Virus record (IMG/VR): IMGVR_UViG_3300028886_000034
Coordinates: 118,081-182,080 of that record
From: a virus
Taxonomy: Duplodnaviria; Heunggongvirae; Uroviricota; Caudoviricetes
Length of the DNA stretch: 64,000 bases
Strand: one strand, 5' to 3'
Made by a program: the position numbers and the translations under genes. A model generated the notes under the pieces. It searched no databases, was not told the origin of the DNA, and saw only the letters and a list, made by a program, of their open reading frames with translations. Of this stretch, positions 1-10,615 are shown piece by piece (the first letter of the stretch is position 1; every line of letters starts with the position of its first letter).

Positions 1-237
1 CAACTCATTAATATAGTTCTTTGGTTCTTTAACACAAGACATTATGCTAGGCTTAAAATTTTTATATTTTTTTAATAAAGATGATAACGCTCTATCAGCA
101 TTAGGATACTGGTTTAAAAGATAATCTCCATTTGTTTTACAGGTTTGTTCAATCATAGTAGCTAAATTTCGAGTTTTTGATTCTAGACTAGATATTTAAG
201 GTTCACCTACCTTTTAAATTAAAATAATTCAGTATAC

Positions 238-726
238 TTATCCTTGTGGCGGTCTAATAGAATTGATCATTGCTAGCCTATCATCTAAAGATCGTTTTGA
301 AAATACGCTAGCTGGGACTTTATTACGTTGGGTTAAAGCATTTCGGTTAGCACCATTAATCATATCGTTTAGTGAAGATGGATCTTTGGTAATAGCTTTA
401 GTGGAAGCAAATCCTCTTATAAATTGTGGGTTACTTCGCATATATTTTAATGCCAGTGGATTAAGTTTTCCATTTAGATACAGAGGTACGGATTTATCTC
501 CAAGTGTATTATATAAACTTGTAAGCTGATTTGCGTATTTAGCATCCAAATCTTCTTTAGACATTGGCGTATTTGGATCTTCAGAGCCTAATACGTGGCC
601 AATCTCGTGTTCAGTGTAATTTTTTATAGCTAATGATCTATAATCATTTTCATCTAAAAAAGGATATTTTGCAGCATAAGCTTCTATAAGTTTTTTAATT
701 ACATATTTTTTTACATTAATTTCCAA
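238..726 (-). CDS. Hypothetical protein with HExGH (zincin-like) motif
   Basis: 162-aa ORF with GGAGG RBS before a TTG start. Contains HEIGH. N-terminal YPFLDE motif is shared with ORFs 2013 and 3554. Confidence 0.7.
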   Translation of the reverse strand: MEINVKKYVIKKLIEAYAAKYPFLDENDYRSLAIKNYTEHEIGHVLGSEDPNTPMSKEDLDAKYANQLTSLYNTLGDKSVPLYLNGKLNPLALKYMRSNPQFIRGFASTKAITKDPSSLNDMINGANRNALTQRNKVPASVFSKRSLDDRLAMINSIRPPQG

Positions 727-900
727 CTTTGTTCAACCTCCTTTACTTAAAAGTTTTGAGATATTATTTCAAAAAGTTTTAACAAATAGTGAGCAATTTA
801 AATCCTATTATTTGTTAAAACTTTATTTATAAAAATTAGAGGAGGTGAGGATCCTATAGAAATCATTTGTGATAATCAAGATAATAAAATTTTTAATTTA

Positions 901-2016
901 TTGTATGAGTCTACATTCAATACTAGATCTAATTTAGAAAAAATTACGCCAAAACAAAGTAGTATATTTAATGGTATAAAAGAGCTTCCGAACCAAAGTC
1001 GCCAAAATAATTTAGGTGGTAAAGTTTTAGAAAGACTAGAAGCTGTAATGCCAAGTTTAAGGGAAAAAGCACAAAAAAATATTGAACAAGTCGCTGTTAA
1101 TGCGTTGGGTCAAAGCACATTTCAGTCTGTGTGTGAATATATTGTCAGTAAAGCTAAGGCTATTACGTCTTCAGGTACTTCAGGAATTCAAAAGAAAGTA
1201 GTATCTTCTGTGACTGATACAATGAAGTATATTAATAAATTATTAACTGAATTAAATAATGTACAAAATCCTAATGGGATAGGAATAGGAACGAATGTTT
1301 CTACAGGAGACCAAACTTCTACCCAAAGTAATAACAGAGCAGGATTAAATAACCTAAACACTAATGCTACTAGGTTAAGTGAAGGATTTCAATATGTTGA
1401 ATGTATAAATCCTTTATATAATTTATCTGAAGGCGAATATCAATCTACTTTTAAAAAGAATATGAAAGCAACGTTATTAACAATTGTAACATTTGTAATA
1501 ACAATGCTTTTAACAAATATAATCAGAATATACCTTGGAGGATCTCCTGGAGGAGATTTTCCATCTGGTTGGCAACACGGGTTATTTACTTTTTTTTCTA
1601 GTTTAATCTTAGCACCTATTATAGAAGAACCCGCAAAGTTGATTGCTATTAAAGGCGGATACGGTAAAAATTTTTATTTTGCATTTAACTTTTTAGAGTT
1701 TGGTGGGTATTTGTTAATGTTTTTAATGACCGGAGGATCTGGTCTAGGTGTATTTATAATATTAAGAACAATCTGCGCAATATTCCACGCAATTACTATG
1801 AGAATAATGGGTTCTGGAAATAAAGGAGCAGTTAAATCAACTATTAAGTTAGCTATATGTATTTTACTTCACTTTGCTTTTAACGCATTGTTTATAAAAT
1901 ATGCAGGTTTAATTGGGGGAATGGCTGCTAGCAAAGTACTTATGTTTGCTATGGGTTTTTTTGGGGCAGCCTTTGGTATATTTAAAGTATTTAAGAGAAA
2001 AGGGGGGAATATATGA
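901..2016 (+). CDS. Membrane protein with C-terminal PrsW-like intramembrane protease domain
   Basis: Several hydrophobic helices in the C-terminal half. Motifs IIEEPAK, FNFLE and IFHA resemble PrsW EExxK / FxxxE / H. Confidence 0.6.
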   Translation: MYESTFNTRSNLEKITPKQSSIFNGIKELPNQSRQNNLGGKVLERLEAVMPSLREKAQKNIEQVAVNALGQSTFQSVCEYIVSKAKAITSSGTSGIQKKVVSSVTDTMKYINKLLTELNNVQNPNGIGIGTNVSTGDQTSTQSNNRAGLNNLNTNATRLSEGFQYVECINPLYNLSEGEYQSTFKKNMKATLLTIVTFVITMLLTNIIRIYLGGSPGGDFPSGWQHGLFTFFSSLILAPIIEEPAKLIAIKGGYGKNFYFAFNFLEFGGYLLMFLMTGGSGLGVFIILRTICAIFHAITMRIMGSGNKGAVKSTIKLAICILLHFAFNALFIKYAGLIGGMAASKVLMFAMGFFGAAFGIFKVFKRKGGNI

Positions 2017-3557
2017 TGAAAAGGAAAAAAATGTATAAGATGCTAAGTGAAATAAATAAATGTATTCGTAATATGTATCCATACTTAGATGAACAGGAAT
2101 ACAAAGACATCTTAAAGTATATTATAAAGAATAATGTATTGAATGAGAATGACCATTCTGGGGAACTTTATGCTAATGGTGATAATTGGCAAACGTATGT
2201 TAAGCCAATTACTCAACGGCCTTTAACTGATGAAGAATTGGAGGCCTTAAAAACATACGCTGGATATACTAGACCAGAAAATCTTACGCCACCAACTCCA
2301 GAAGAAATGGAATACATTAAAAAATATGCAAAATCTATAGAAGATACTGAGTATTCTCCAGATGTTAGTTCTTCTCAGTATTGGAAAAGAGCAATACAAA
2401 GACAACCAGATACATATATTCGGCCAGATCAAATTAAAGATATGTTTGATTTTATGCAATCTAGAGGACTTCCACAAACACATAATTTTGATTGGTCTAA
2501 AGACCCTTCTAAAATTACGCCAATACCAGTTTATTATGGAAGAGATAAGAATGGAGACGTGTTAAAAAGGTTTCCTGAAATATATGATTATATTAGGACT
2601 TACGGATTACCTAAGGAATATAAAGACGATCCATGGCTAAATTTATTTTTTGATCATAGTACGGCTTTACCTACGGGAGCAGTTAGTGCATATAGAGATT
2701 ATTATGATAGTAAAGGAGCAACGCCGAAAGGGTTTTATAATCCTAACGATAATTCAATACACATGCCAGGATATGCTTCTCCTGAAGAAGACTTGAATGG
2801 AGTTATAAATCATGAACTAGGTCATGCATATGGAGGGGAAAATGATGCGAATATTCATAGGTTTTATAGGCAAATGGGTTCTTCTAAGGGAAAAGTTTCA
2901 CCAAGGAAATTCTTTAAGATTGCTGCACAACATTTAAAAAATTATAGTAACGATACTATTAATCCAGGATTAGAACAATCTCAAATAGATATGGCTATTA
3001 AAAATTATAAAAATAGGTTAATGCAAATCCCAAAAACATCTCCAGAATATGCGCAAATACAACAAAATATATTGACGTTACAACAAGCCGAACCAATTCG
3101 AATTGATCAGATACCATATAGATTTAAAAACGGAAGCAGGGATAGGGAATATCCAATATATGATTCAGAAATTCGAAGAATACGTGATGCATCTGGGCCA
3201 TTACATAACTCCCAGCATGATGATGAATATGGATCTTGGTCTCATCCATCTATTGTAGATACTATAACTACAGCAGCTCCCGTATTATCTAGATGGTTTG
3301 ATGCTAATGGTATATATACAAAAACTGGTAGGTCTTTAGCAGATGAGTTGAAACTTAGAAGAGTGTTGATGAGAAGAATACAGGATGCTGCTCTTTTAGC
3401 TAAAAGAAGAAGACAACTTGCATATAGAGATTTTAGAGATAGACCTTCGAAGTATACGGCTCAAGACAAGCAAGTTAAATTACCTTATGGGTCTTTAGGT
3501 GGTCCAATGTCAGAAGGTGTAAAAAGATATAAGTTAAAAAAGAAGGTGAACAATTGA
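2013..3557 (+). CDS. Hypothetical protein, zincin-like HELGH motif; possible internal virion protein
   Basis: 514-aa ORF containing VINHELGH. N-terminal YPYLDE and C-terminal SEGVKRYKLKK are shared with the next gene. Confidence 0.7.
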   Translation: MMKRKKMYKMLSEINKCIRNMYPYLDEQEYKDILKYIIKNNVLNENDHSGELYANGDNWQTYVKPITQRPLTDEELEALKTYAGYTRPENLTPPTPEEMEYIKKYAKSIEDTEYSPDVSSSQYWKRAIQRQPDTYIRPDQIKDMFDFMQSRGLPQTHNFDWSKDPSKITPIPVYYGRDKNGDVLKRFPEIYDYIRTYGLPKEYKDDPWLNLFFDHSTALPTGAVSAYRDYYDSKGATPKGFYNPNDNSIHMPGYASPEEDLNGVINHELGHAYGGENDANIHRFYRQMGSSKGKVSPRKFFKIAAQHLKNYSNDTINPGLEQSQIDMAIKNYKNRLMQIPKTSPEYAQIQQNILTLQQAEPIRIDQIPYRFKNGSRDREYPIYDSEIRRIRDASGPLHNSQHDDEYGSWSHPSIVDTITTAAPVLSRWFDANGIYTKTGRSLADELKLRRVLMRRIQDAALLAKRRRQLAYRDFRDRPSKYTAQDKQVKLPYGSLGGPMSEGVKRYKLKKKVNN

Positions 3558-4450
3558 AAATTAATAGAACTAAAATATTAAAGTATATTGAATCTCAGTA
3601 TCCTTTTATTGATGATACTGAAAAATTAGCGTTAGCTGAATCTATGCTTAATTATTTTAGAAATAATATAAAGAAGTCTCATGAAAAGCTTAAAAAATTT
3701 GATAGACTTATGCGTATGCAGAATGGAGAAGATGATGAACTTAATTTAGCATCAGAAGGTATTAATAATCCAGAAGTAGCAGCTAGAATTAAAGCTGCAT
3801 TAGATTCAGGTAACTATAACGTTATTGGTGGGGTATATGATGTTTCTGATAGGCATCGCCCGAATTATCCTCCAGATGCTAATGCTATTTTAGCTCCTTG
3901 GTATGCAGATTATTCAAAAGAGAAGAATAAAAAGCGTCCTATAGTTATAAATTCTTCGGAAGGTTACTATGATAAAATTGCTCCCGATAGAAGATATGGT
4001 ATAAAGCCTGAAATAAGAATGGGCCTTAGATCTCCTTCACAAGAAAATTTACTTATAGCATATTTAAAAAGAGAACTTGAAAAAGGTACCGTAAATATGC
4101 TTCCCAGAGATATGTGGCTTACTGATAAGAATGAAACCCCTAATTTATCAGAAGCTGTAAATCCAAGGTACAGTAAATTACTTAGATTTTTGTTATCCAG
4201 TAATGACCCTAAAATTAGAAATTATGCTAAAGCAATTTATATTAATACTATGAGAAGCCCTGAAAGACAAAGGCGTGCTGCGAACATGGAATTGAAGAGA
4301 CAGGGGATATCTGATTTAGGAGATGTTATTCAAAATCCACAAACGTATGGTATACGTGCAAATAATGTAACTGGGATTTTTGACTCAGGGAAGCCTACTA
4401 AACAATATTCGGAAAATATTAAAAGGTATAAATTAAAGAAAGTAAAATAA
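3554..4450 (+). CDS. Hypothetical protein, shares terminal motifs with the upstream gene
   Basis: 298-aa ORF overlapping the upstream stop. Contains YPFIDD and C-terminal SENIKRYKLKK. Confidence 0.7.
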   Translation: MKINRTKILKYIESQYPFIDDTEKLALAESMLNYFRNNIKKSHEKLKKFDRLMRMQNGEDDELNLASEGINNPEVAARIKAALDSGNYNVIGGVYDVSDRHRPNYPPDANAILAPWYADYSKEKNKKRPIVINSSEGYYDKIAPDRRYGIKPEIRMGLRSPSQENLLIAYLKRELEKGTVNMLPRDMWLTDKNETPNLSEAVNPRYSKLLRFLLSSNDPKIRNYAKAIYINTMRSPERQRRAANMELKRQGISDLGDVIQNPQTYGIRANNVTGIFDSGKPTKQYSENIKRYKLKKVK

Positions 4451-4549
4451 AACAAAATGCAACAAAAGTTTCTCATTCTATTATATTTATCATTATAATG
4501 CGCGAGAATACATCAATAATATAACAAAAATGAGGAGGCCAATATAATA

Positions 4550-7042
4550 ATGGCAAGAACAACAATCAAATCACACAAGAAGGCAACAGATCTTAACCTT
4601 ACTTCAGAGTTAGGTGATCTGTTAGGATTACAGACTGGTTCAGACTCTATGAAACTTAAGAGCGCAGATGATCTGAGTGAACCAAATGAAAAAGTTGAAA
4701 AGAATACAGTAGCTGCAGTTGAGGCTACTATTAATTACGTTAATAAACTTTTAAATGAAAGTGATGAGGAGCTCCCTGAAGATCCTGAGGATGAAGTTGA
4801 TGATGAAGATCCTTCATTAGATGATGTGGAAGATGAAGATGAGGATTTAGGTGATGACGAAGATGACGATTTAGACGATGATGAAGATGACGATATGGAA
4901 GAATGTGATGGTCCGAAAAAGTTCTTTAGTGAAGATGATGAGTCTATGGGCGATGAAGAAGACGGTGAAGATTTTGACAATGACGAAGATGATGAGGATG
5001 ACGATGAGGATTTAGGTGATATGGAGGATGAAGATATTGATGATGATTTCGAGGACGGTGAAGATGACCTTGATGATGAAGATTCTGAGGATGACGAATT
5101 AGATGGGGAGCCTACCGATGATGAATTAGATGATGATGGCGAAGATATGGATGATGTTACTGAAGGTTACAGAGGATTATTTGAAGATGATGAATCTATG
5201 GGTGATGACTCTGATCCAGAGGATATGGAAGATAATTCTGATTCAGATGGTCTTTCAATAGATATTCCTGAAGATATGGACCCCAATGATGTTTCAGTTT
5301 CAGTTGGTGGTTCGGAGTATGTTCCGGATACTAGTGATGATGAAGATCTGGGTGATTTAGATGATGATGAATTAGCTGGAGAGGAGGATGATGAGGAGGA
5401 AGATACTCCTGTTCAGGAAGGTTATTATCCTTTCTTAGAGGAGTATTTTACGTTAGGTGAAGATGACGATCCTGATATTGATGATGCAGATCCTGAATAT
5501 GATGATTCTGAGTTTGATGATGATGAGGATTCAGACGATGAGGATTCAGACGAAGAGGAGTTAGATGATGAGGATTCAGATGATGAGGATTTAGGTGACG
5601 AGGAGCCTGAAGAGGAAGTTACTGAGAGTGCAGTTATGAGAGCTCTTAGAAGACTGATTAAAGAGGGTGACGTTGGTACATCAGACCCGTCTAACTCTAC
5701 TGGAGATGCTCCTATTGATTCTGAGGAAGATATTGATGATTCAGAGGCTGAAGAAAAGGATTTAAGCGGTTCTGAGGGTGAAGTTACTGATGGTGATATT
5801 CCAATTGAAAAGGGAGCAATTCAGCCTGAGGAAGCTGCTGAACTTAGATGGATGGCTAGAAAGCTTAAGAACATTATGGAGGGTGATGATTTGGGTTCAC
5901 ACTCCGATGGTGATGGTAAGCTTTCAGCTGAACCCTTAGATGATGATGCTTCTGATATGCTCAGCGATATTAATGATAATCTCAGTGATGATGGTGAATT
6001 AACTGATACCGGTAATGGTGCAGTGGATGATTCAGACTCTACATTAGGTACTCCTGATGAAGCTGATGATGATGTTGAAGTTGAGGGTGATGATGTGGTT
6101 TCATCCAATGGTAAGAAGTATGACACTGAAGAGGATGAAGATGAGATGCTTACTGATAATTATCATATGCTTATGACTGCTATCAGAGAAGCCTATGCTA
6201 AGAAGAAGGGTAAGAAAAAGGATAAGAAGGTTGCTTTAAAGAAGGTTGATAAGAAGGCTAAAGCTAAGAAGGGTAAGAAGAAGTTAAGTGAAGGCAATTT
6301 AAATGATGTCAACTTTGGTGTTTCAAATGATAAAACTTATAATGCTGGATCAAATCCTGCGGATGCTACTAATGTTAAAGGCTATGGTGCAACTCAGGAT
6401 GGCACTAATAAACCGATGAATACTCTTGAGACTACAACTCTTGGATCATTTAATGCTCAGGAGATGACTTCAGTTCTTAGAAATCTTAACAATGCTTTTG
6501 GTGCTGGTAAGGTTGCTAAGGAAGTCAGAGATTCTTCAGTGGTTTCTGAGGTTTCAGTTCCTAAGTGGTCACTTCCTATTGCAGAGAATGCCTCTTGGGA
6601 TGGACTTAAGGCTAGTAAGCTTTTAATTGAGACTGCTTATAAGTCTGAGTCAAAGGTTAATACTGACCTTCTTAAGAAGACCCATCTTTATTGGGAGGGT
6701 ACAGGTTCTAAGGAATCTGATTATAAGTTCCCGATTGCTTCAATGGTTGAGGGTCAGGCTCAGATTATTCCTCAGGCTATTGATGAAGCTACTACTCTCT
6801 TTGCTTCACCTTCATTTATCAGCAGATTTAGTGAGTCTGCTTTAAAGAAGATTAGAAATGTTCTTGATTTCTATAATGAGAAGATGGGTAAGAAGAGTCC
6901 TTGGAAGGAGAATAAGCAGATTAATGTTACTGAGGCTGCTAAGATCACAATGATTGATAGAACTCAGTATAATCCTTTAGCGGTTCTGAAAAGACTCTCA
7001 GAGCAGGAAAAAGCTAAGAAGCTTATCAACCTTAGAGGCTAA
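4550..7042 (+). CDS. Highly acidic protein, putative prohead core/scaffold
   Basis: 830 aa with very long Asp/Glu tracts, a Lys-rich patch and repeated (L/I/F/V)xE sites. GAGGAGG RBS; lies upstream of the portal. Function inferred. Confidence 0.6.
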   Translation: MARTTIKSHKKATDLNLTSELGDLLGLQTGSDSMKLKSADDLSEPNEKVEKNTVAAVEATINYVNKLLNESDEELPEDPEDEVDDEDPSLDDVEDEDEDLGDDEDDDLDDDEDDDMEECDGPKKFFSEDDESMGDEEDGEDFDNDEDDEDDDEDLGDMEDEDIDDDFEDGEDDLDDEDSEDDELDGEPTDDELDDDGEDMDDVTEGYRGLFEDDESMGDDSDPEDMEDNSDSDGLSIDIPEDMDPNDVSVSVGGSEYVPDTSDDEDLGDLDDDELAGEEDDEEEDTPVQEGYYPFLEEYFTLGEDDDPDIDDADPEYDDSEFDDDEDSDDEDSDEEELDDEDSDDEDLGDEEPEEEVTESAVMRALRRLIKEGDVGTSDPSNSTGDAPIDSEEDIDDSEAEEKDLSGSEGEVTDGDIPIEKGAIQPEEAAELRWMARKLKNIMEGDDLGSHSDGDGKLSAEPLDDDASDMLSDINDNLSDDGELTDTGNGAVDDSDSTLGTPDEADDDVEVEGDDVVSSNGKKYDTEEDEDEMLTDNYHMLMTAIREAYAKKKGKKKDKKVALKKVDKKAKAKKGKKKLSEGNLNDVNFGVSNDKTYNAGSNPADATNVKGYGATQDGTNKPMNTLETTTLGSFNAQEMTSVLRNLNNAFGAGKVAKEVRDSSVVSEVSVPKWSLPIAENASWDGLKASKLLIETAYKSESKVNTDLLKKTHLYWEGTGSKESDYKFPIASMVEGQAQIIPQAIDEATTLFASPSFISRFSESALKKIRNVLDFYNEKMGKKSPWKENKQINVTEAAKITMIDRTQYNPLAVLKRLSEQEKAKKLINLRG
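5522..5611 (+). repeat. 15-bp coding tandem repeat (about 6 units, DEDSD-type)
   Basis: GATGAGGATTCAGAC-like units read directly. Confidence 0.8.
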
Positions 7043-7067
7043 TAATTTAGAAAGGAATAGAATCCAA

Positions 7068-7235
7068 GTGCAGAGAACTAAAATTAAAGTTAAAATTACT
7101 TCTTATGGTAAAGTAGCTGCATTTGGCTACAATATTAGAACTCCTGCTATTATAGAATTATATCCAAATCAGATAGCAATTCTTAAAGCTGGTGGAGTTA
7201 AAATAGAAGAACTTATACCAGAAGATAAGAAGTAA
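7068..7235 (+). CDS. Small hypothetical protein (55 aa), not in ORF track
   Basis: GTG start after AAAGGA, open to TAA 7233-7235 (MQRTKIKVKITSYGKV...EDKK); followed by a hairpin. Confidence 0.55.
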   Translation: MQRTKIKVKITSYGKVAAFGYNIRTPAIIELYPNQIAILKAGGVKIEELIPEDKK

Positions 7236-7254
7236 TAAATTAAATTTATACTTA

Positions 7255-7297
7255 AGTCAGTAGGAGGAGATAGAGATATTTTCTTCTACTGACTTTC
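7255..7297 (+). terminator. Hairpin, probable terminator
   Basis: AGTCAGTAGGAGGA...TTCTTCTACTGACT followed by a T-rich tail. Confidence 0.5.
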
Positions 7298-7343
7298 TAC
7301 ACATATCATTATGATTATTATATAGAAAGGATTTGATCTTATT

Positions 7344-7655
7344 ATGAAAGTTGAGAATAATGTTATATCATTAAATGATTCTTTTGACCTTAATAGACCG
7401 TCTATTTGGAGAAGACTTATATTCTGTTATACAGGCGGAGAAAAAACTATTTTAACTATTCCTGATATGAGTAATGAAGAAGTTAAAAAAATATCTGAAG
7501 TAATATCATCTACAGATAATCAGTTTGTTTGGTTATCATTAGGTACTTCTAAAGATGATGTTATTTTAATTAATAAGGAACACTTCTTATTTATGATGAG
7601 CTCAATCATGACTGATGAAGAAGTTAGAGCTGCTTTAAAAGCTAATAAAAAGTAA
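7344..7655 (+). CDS. Hypothetical protein
   Basis: 103-aa ORF with AAAGGA RBS. Confidence 0.65.
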   Translation: MKVENNVISLNDSFDLNRPSIWRRLIFCYTGGEKTILTIPDMSNEEVKKISEVISSTDNQFVWLSLGTSKDDVILINKEHFLFMMSSIMTDEEVRAALKANKK

Positions 7656-7660
7656 ACTAA

Positions 7661-8152
7661 ATGTATGTATTTATTCTTTTATTGTTTATCTTAACCGTGA
7701 GTTTTGTTTACTATATGTTTATACCATATAGAAACATAAAAAACTATGAAGCATATAGAATTGCAATGGAAGGATTTGAAGTACAGACAAATGCATTAAT
7801 GCAGTTTTATTTAAATAGGCATAAGCAATTAGATATAACAACTTCATTAGACTCTACAATAACTGAAACAGAGTATAAGAATAGGATTAAAGATTGTTAT
7901 AATTATGTTATTAAGAATGTGTCTAAGTATAGATACAGGGAAGTATTATTATATTGTTCTAAGGATGAAGTAGAAACAATGTTGTTACTAAAAGTAGAAA
8001 CACTTATCTTTGAAGAATATGGTGATAGGATTATTCAAGATGTTGATGTACTTCAAGATAGAGAATCGTTAATAGATATAACTACAAATATAAATAAAGA
8101 TATAAGTAATCAAGTAGATAATATTTTATATGGAGGAGGTGGTAATAGCTAA
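7661..8152 (+). CDS. Hypothetical protein with N-terminal transmembrane helix
   Basis: Hydrophobic N-terminus MYVFILLLFILTVSFVYYMF; TAATG-coupled to the portal gene. Confidence 0.65.
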   Translation: MYVFILLLFILTVSFVYYMFIPYRNIKNYEAYRIAMEGFEVQTNALMQFYLNRHKQLDITTSLDSTITETEYKNRIKDCYNYVIKNVSKYRYREVLLYCSKDEVETMLLLKVETLIFEEYGDRIIQDVDVLQDRESLIDITTNINKDISNQVDNILYGGGGNS

Positions 8153-10560
8153 TGCCCTCTATATTTGATCAAGTAAAGGATATAATGTCCACTATTAATG
8201 GTGGAAAAGAAAGAGATTTAGTTGGTAATGCTAATTTAGATAGTAAAATAGATTCATTATCAAACTTATCTACAGTAGATCCTAATAAGAGAAATTCGTA
8301 TTTCCAGTTATTTAGAGATACATTATATTCTAATAAAAAAGTAAGTAATGGGGATATTATAGATTCAATTACTAAATCATTGGAAGGAACATATGCTTCT
8401 CAGAAAAGAATATCTATGTATGATGAGATTAGATCTATAGTAAGGCAATTCCCAATGTTGATGAGAGCTACTAGAATTTATGTAGATAATATATTGAGTC
8501 CGGATGAGATAACTAAATTTGCTTTACAAGTAGTTGCTAATACAGATGAAGATGATGAGGATGATGAAAAGTATAGTAGTATCATTGATGAGTACAAGAA
8601 TATAATTAAATCTATAAGATTAGAGGATATGATTGATGGATTAATTACTAATACTATGCTTGAAGGAGATAGATTTTTAGAAATAACTACAGTTAAATCT
8701 GATTTTATTCATACAGCTAAGATGAGTAATATCCAATTAAAAGAGGAAAAGTATAGATTTAGAGAATCTAAGAGTAAAGACCTTCAAGAAATGACAGTAT
8801 ACTTTGAAGATACCCCTAGTTTAGATTTAAGTTATGACGGTTATAATATTATTAAAGAAAATGACTTTAATGATGGTATAGTTAATGTAATGGAGGATAC
8901 ATATAAGTTAATAGATCCTAATGATCCAGATAATACTTATAATGGTCCTACGAAAAGAATCACATATATACCTAAGGATAGTTTTGCAGTTAATAATATC
9001 TTAGGTTATGTTGATGATGTAACTAATGGAAATGGTACTCATACAGATTTAGAAACGAATGATACTGATGATAATAGCCCTAAGGATGTTCTTAATTTTG
9101 TAAACTCTATTACCAATAAAAATGATGATGGTATAAGGACTATTACTTATGTACCTAAAGATAATACTCCAGCTAAAGGACAGAAGAATACTATTATACC
9201 TACATATAAGTTAAGACTTATAGACCATAATCCTAGAAATATTGTTATAATAAGACAAAAGCAATGGATTATGGGATATTTATATGTTGATGTTATTAAT
9301 AGTAAACAAGGTGTTTCTAATCAATCTAAAAATAGACCTTTTGATGATGAGTTATCTTCAGCTACTGAACTTATAGATAAGTTATATAAGTCGGTTTTAA
9401 ATTATCTTAAAACTAAATCAGTAGATGAGATTCCAGATGATTTAAAAGATACTATTACTAATATTTTAAAGAATCATATGAGTGGAGATGTTGTTATAAG
9501 ATTCATACCAATAGAAAATATGCAGCATTTTAAAATCAAATCTGAAGAGTTTGACCCATATGGAGAATCTTATTTCTATAATATCTTACCTATGATTAAA
9601 CAATACTTAAGTAAGTTATTAGCATCTACTTTATATGCTTTAGCAAGAGCTGGAAGACATTTACTTATAGAAGTTGATGTTACAAATGATCATGATGCTC
9701 GTAATAGAATTGAATCTGTTAGAAGGGCTTTAAAGAAAAGAGAAATTACTGGTGATGATTTAAATTCGTTAGAAACAGTTGCTAAGCATTTGACTACTTT
9801 TGATGATATTTATGTTCCTTCGAAAGATGGTAAAAAATTTGTTAATATTGATACTTTAGATTTAGGTTCTGCTGAAGATAAAGATGCTGAAAATGATAAG
9901 TTATTGAAGAATATTTTAACTGGCATAGAAATACCTCCTTCATTATTAGGTATTGAAGAATATACTAACAGTAGAAATACTTTATCTCAGGAATCTATTG
10001 TTTTTGCCAGATCTATAATTAGATTACAAAAAGTGTTCTCAGATCAGTTAACTGCATTTATACAGAAAATATATGTGCTTATGCATAAGAAATCTCGCAC
10101 TATTGACCCTAATGTGGAAGAAATTAAAGTTACTTTCCCTGCGCCACAAGGTATTTTAGCCAGTAGTTCTGTTGAAGTTTTATCCAATCAACAGAATGCT
10201 ATTAATATATGGACTCAACTTGGATTTACTCCTAAAGATGCTAAACAGAAGGTCATGCCGTGGATTGATTGGAATAAGGTTGATGCTAAAGCATTTAGTC
10301 AACCTCAGCAGCAACCTGGTATGGACATGGGAATGGGCGGCATGATGGGTGATATGGGTGATATGGGCGGTATGGGCATGGATATGGGTGGAGGTATGGA
10401 CATGGGAATGGTTGATGCTGGTGGTATGGGTGATATGTCTGCTCTTGGTGGAGATATGGGTGGAGGCATGGATATGAGTGGTGGTGCCGGAATGACTCCT
10501 TCACAGGCTTTAGGTGGAAGTAGTGTTGGTGGAGATTTAGCGGCTATGGGAATTCAGTAG
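8152..10560 (+). CDS. Portal protein (T4 gp20-like) with Gly/Met-rich C-terminal tail
   Basis: Segments YDEIRSIVRQFP..IYVDNILSPD, GDRFLE, PYGESY, DDIYVP, IPPSLLG and FARSIIRLQ..F resemble gp20-type portals. Head-module context. Confidence 0.8.
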   Translation: MPSIFDQVKDIMSTINGGKERDLVGNANLDSKIDSLSNLSTVDPNKRNSYFQLFRDTLYSNKKVSNGDIIDSITKSLEGTYASQKRISMYDEIRSIVRQFPMLMRATRIYVDNILSPDEITKFALQVVANTDEDDEDDEKYSSIIDEYKNIIKSIRLEDMIDGLITNTMLEGDRFLEITTVKSDFIHTAKMSNIQLKEEKYRFRESKSKDLQEMTVYFEDTPSLDLSYDGYNIIKENDFNDGIVNVMEDTYKLIDPNDPDNTYNGPTKRITYIPKDSFAVNNILGYVDDVTNGNGTHTDLETNDTDDNSPKDVLNFVNSITNKNDDGIRTITYVPKDNTPAKGQKNTIIPTYKLRLIDHNPRNIVIIRQKQWIMGYLYVDVINSKQGVSNQSKNRPFDDELSSATELIDKLYKSVLNYLKTKSVDEIPDDLKDTITNILKNHMSGDVVIRFIPIENMQHFKIKSEEFDPYGESYFYNILPMIKQYLSKLLASTLYALARAGRHLLIEVDVTNDHDARNRIESVRRALKKREITGDDLNSLETVAKHLTTFDDIYVPSKDGKKFVNIDTLDLGSAEDKDAENDKLLKNILTGIEIPPSLLGIEEYTNSRNTLSQESIVFARSIIRLQKVFSDQLTAFIQKIYVLMHKKSRTIDPNVEEIKVTFPAPQGILASSSVEVLSNQQNAINIWTQLGFTPKDAKQKVMPWIDWNKVDAKAFSQPQQQPGMDMGMGGMMGDMGDMGGMGMDMGGGMDMGMVDAGGMGDMSALGGDMGGGMDMSGGAGMTPSQALGGSSVGGDLAAMGIQ

Positions 10561-10615
10561 ATGTTATAAATAAAACATAATAATCAATTATGAAAGGAGG
10601 AATCTTATAACTATT

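Noticed and set aside
4735-6126. Ser-rich minus-strand ORFs 4735-4980 and 5821-6126
   Set aside because: Antisense shadows of the GAT/GAA-rich acidic gene; no RBS.
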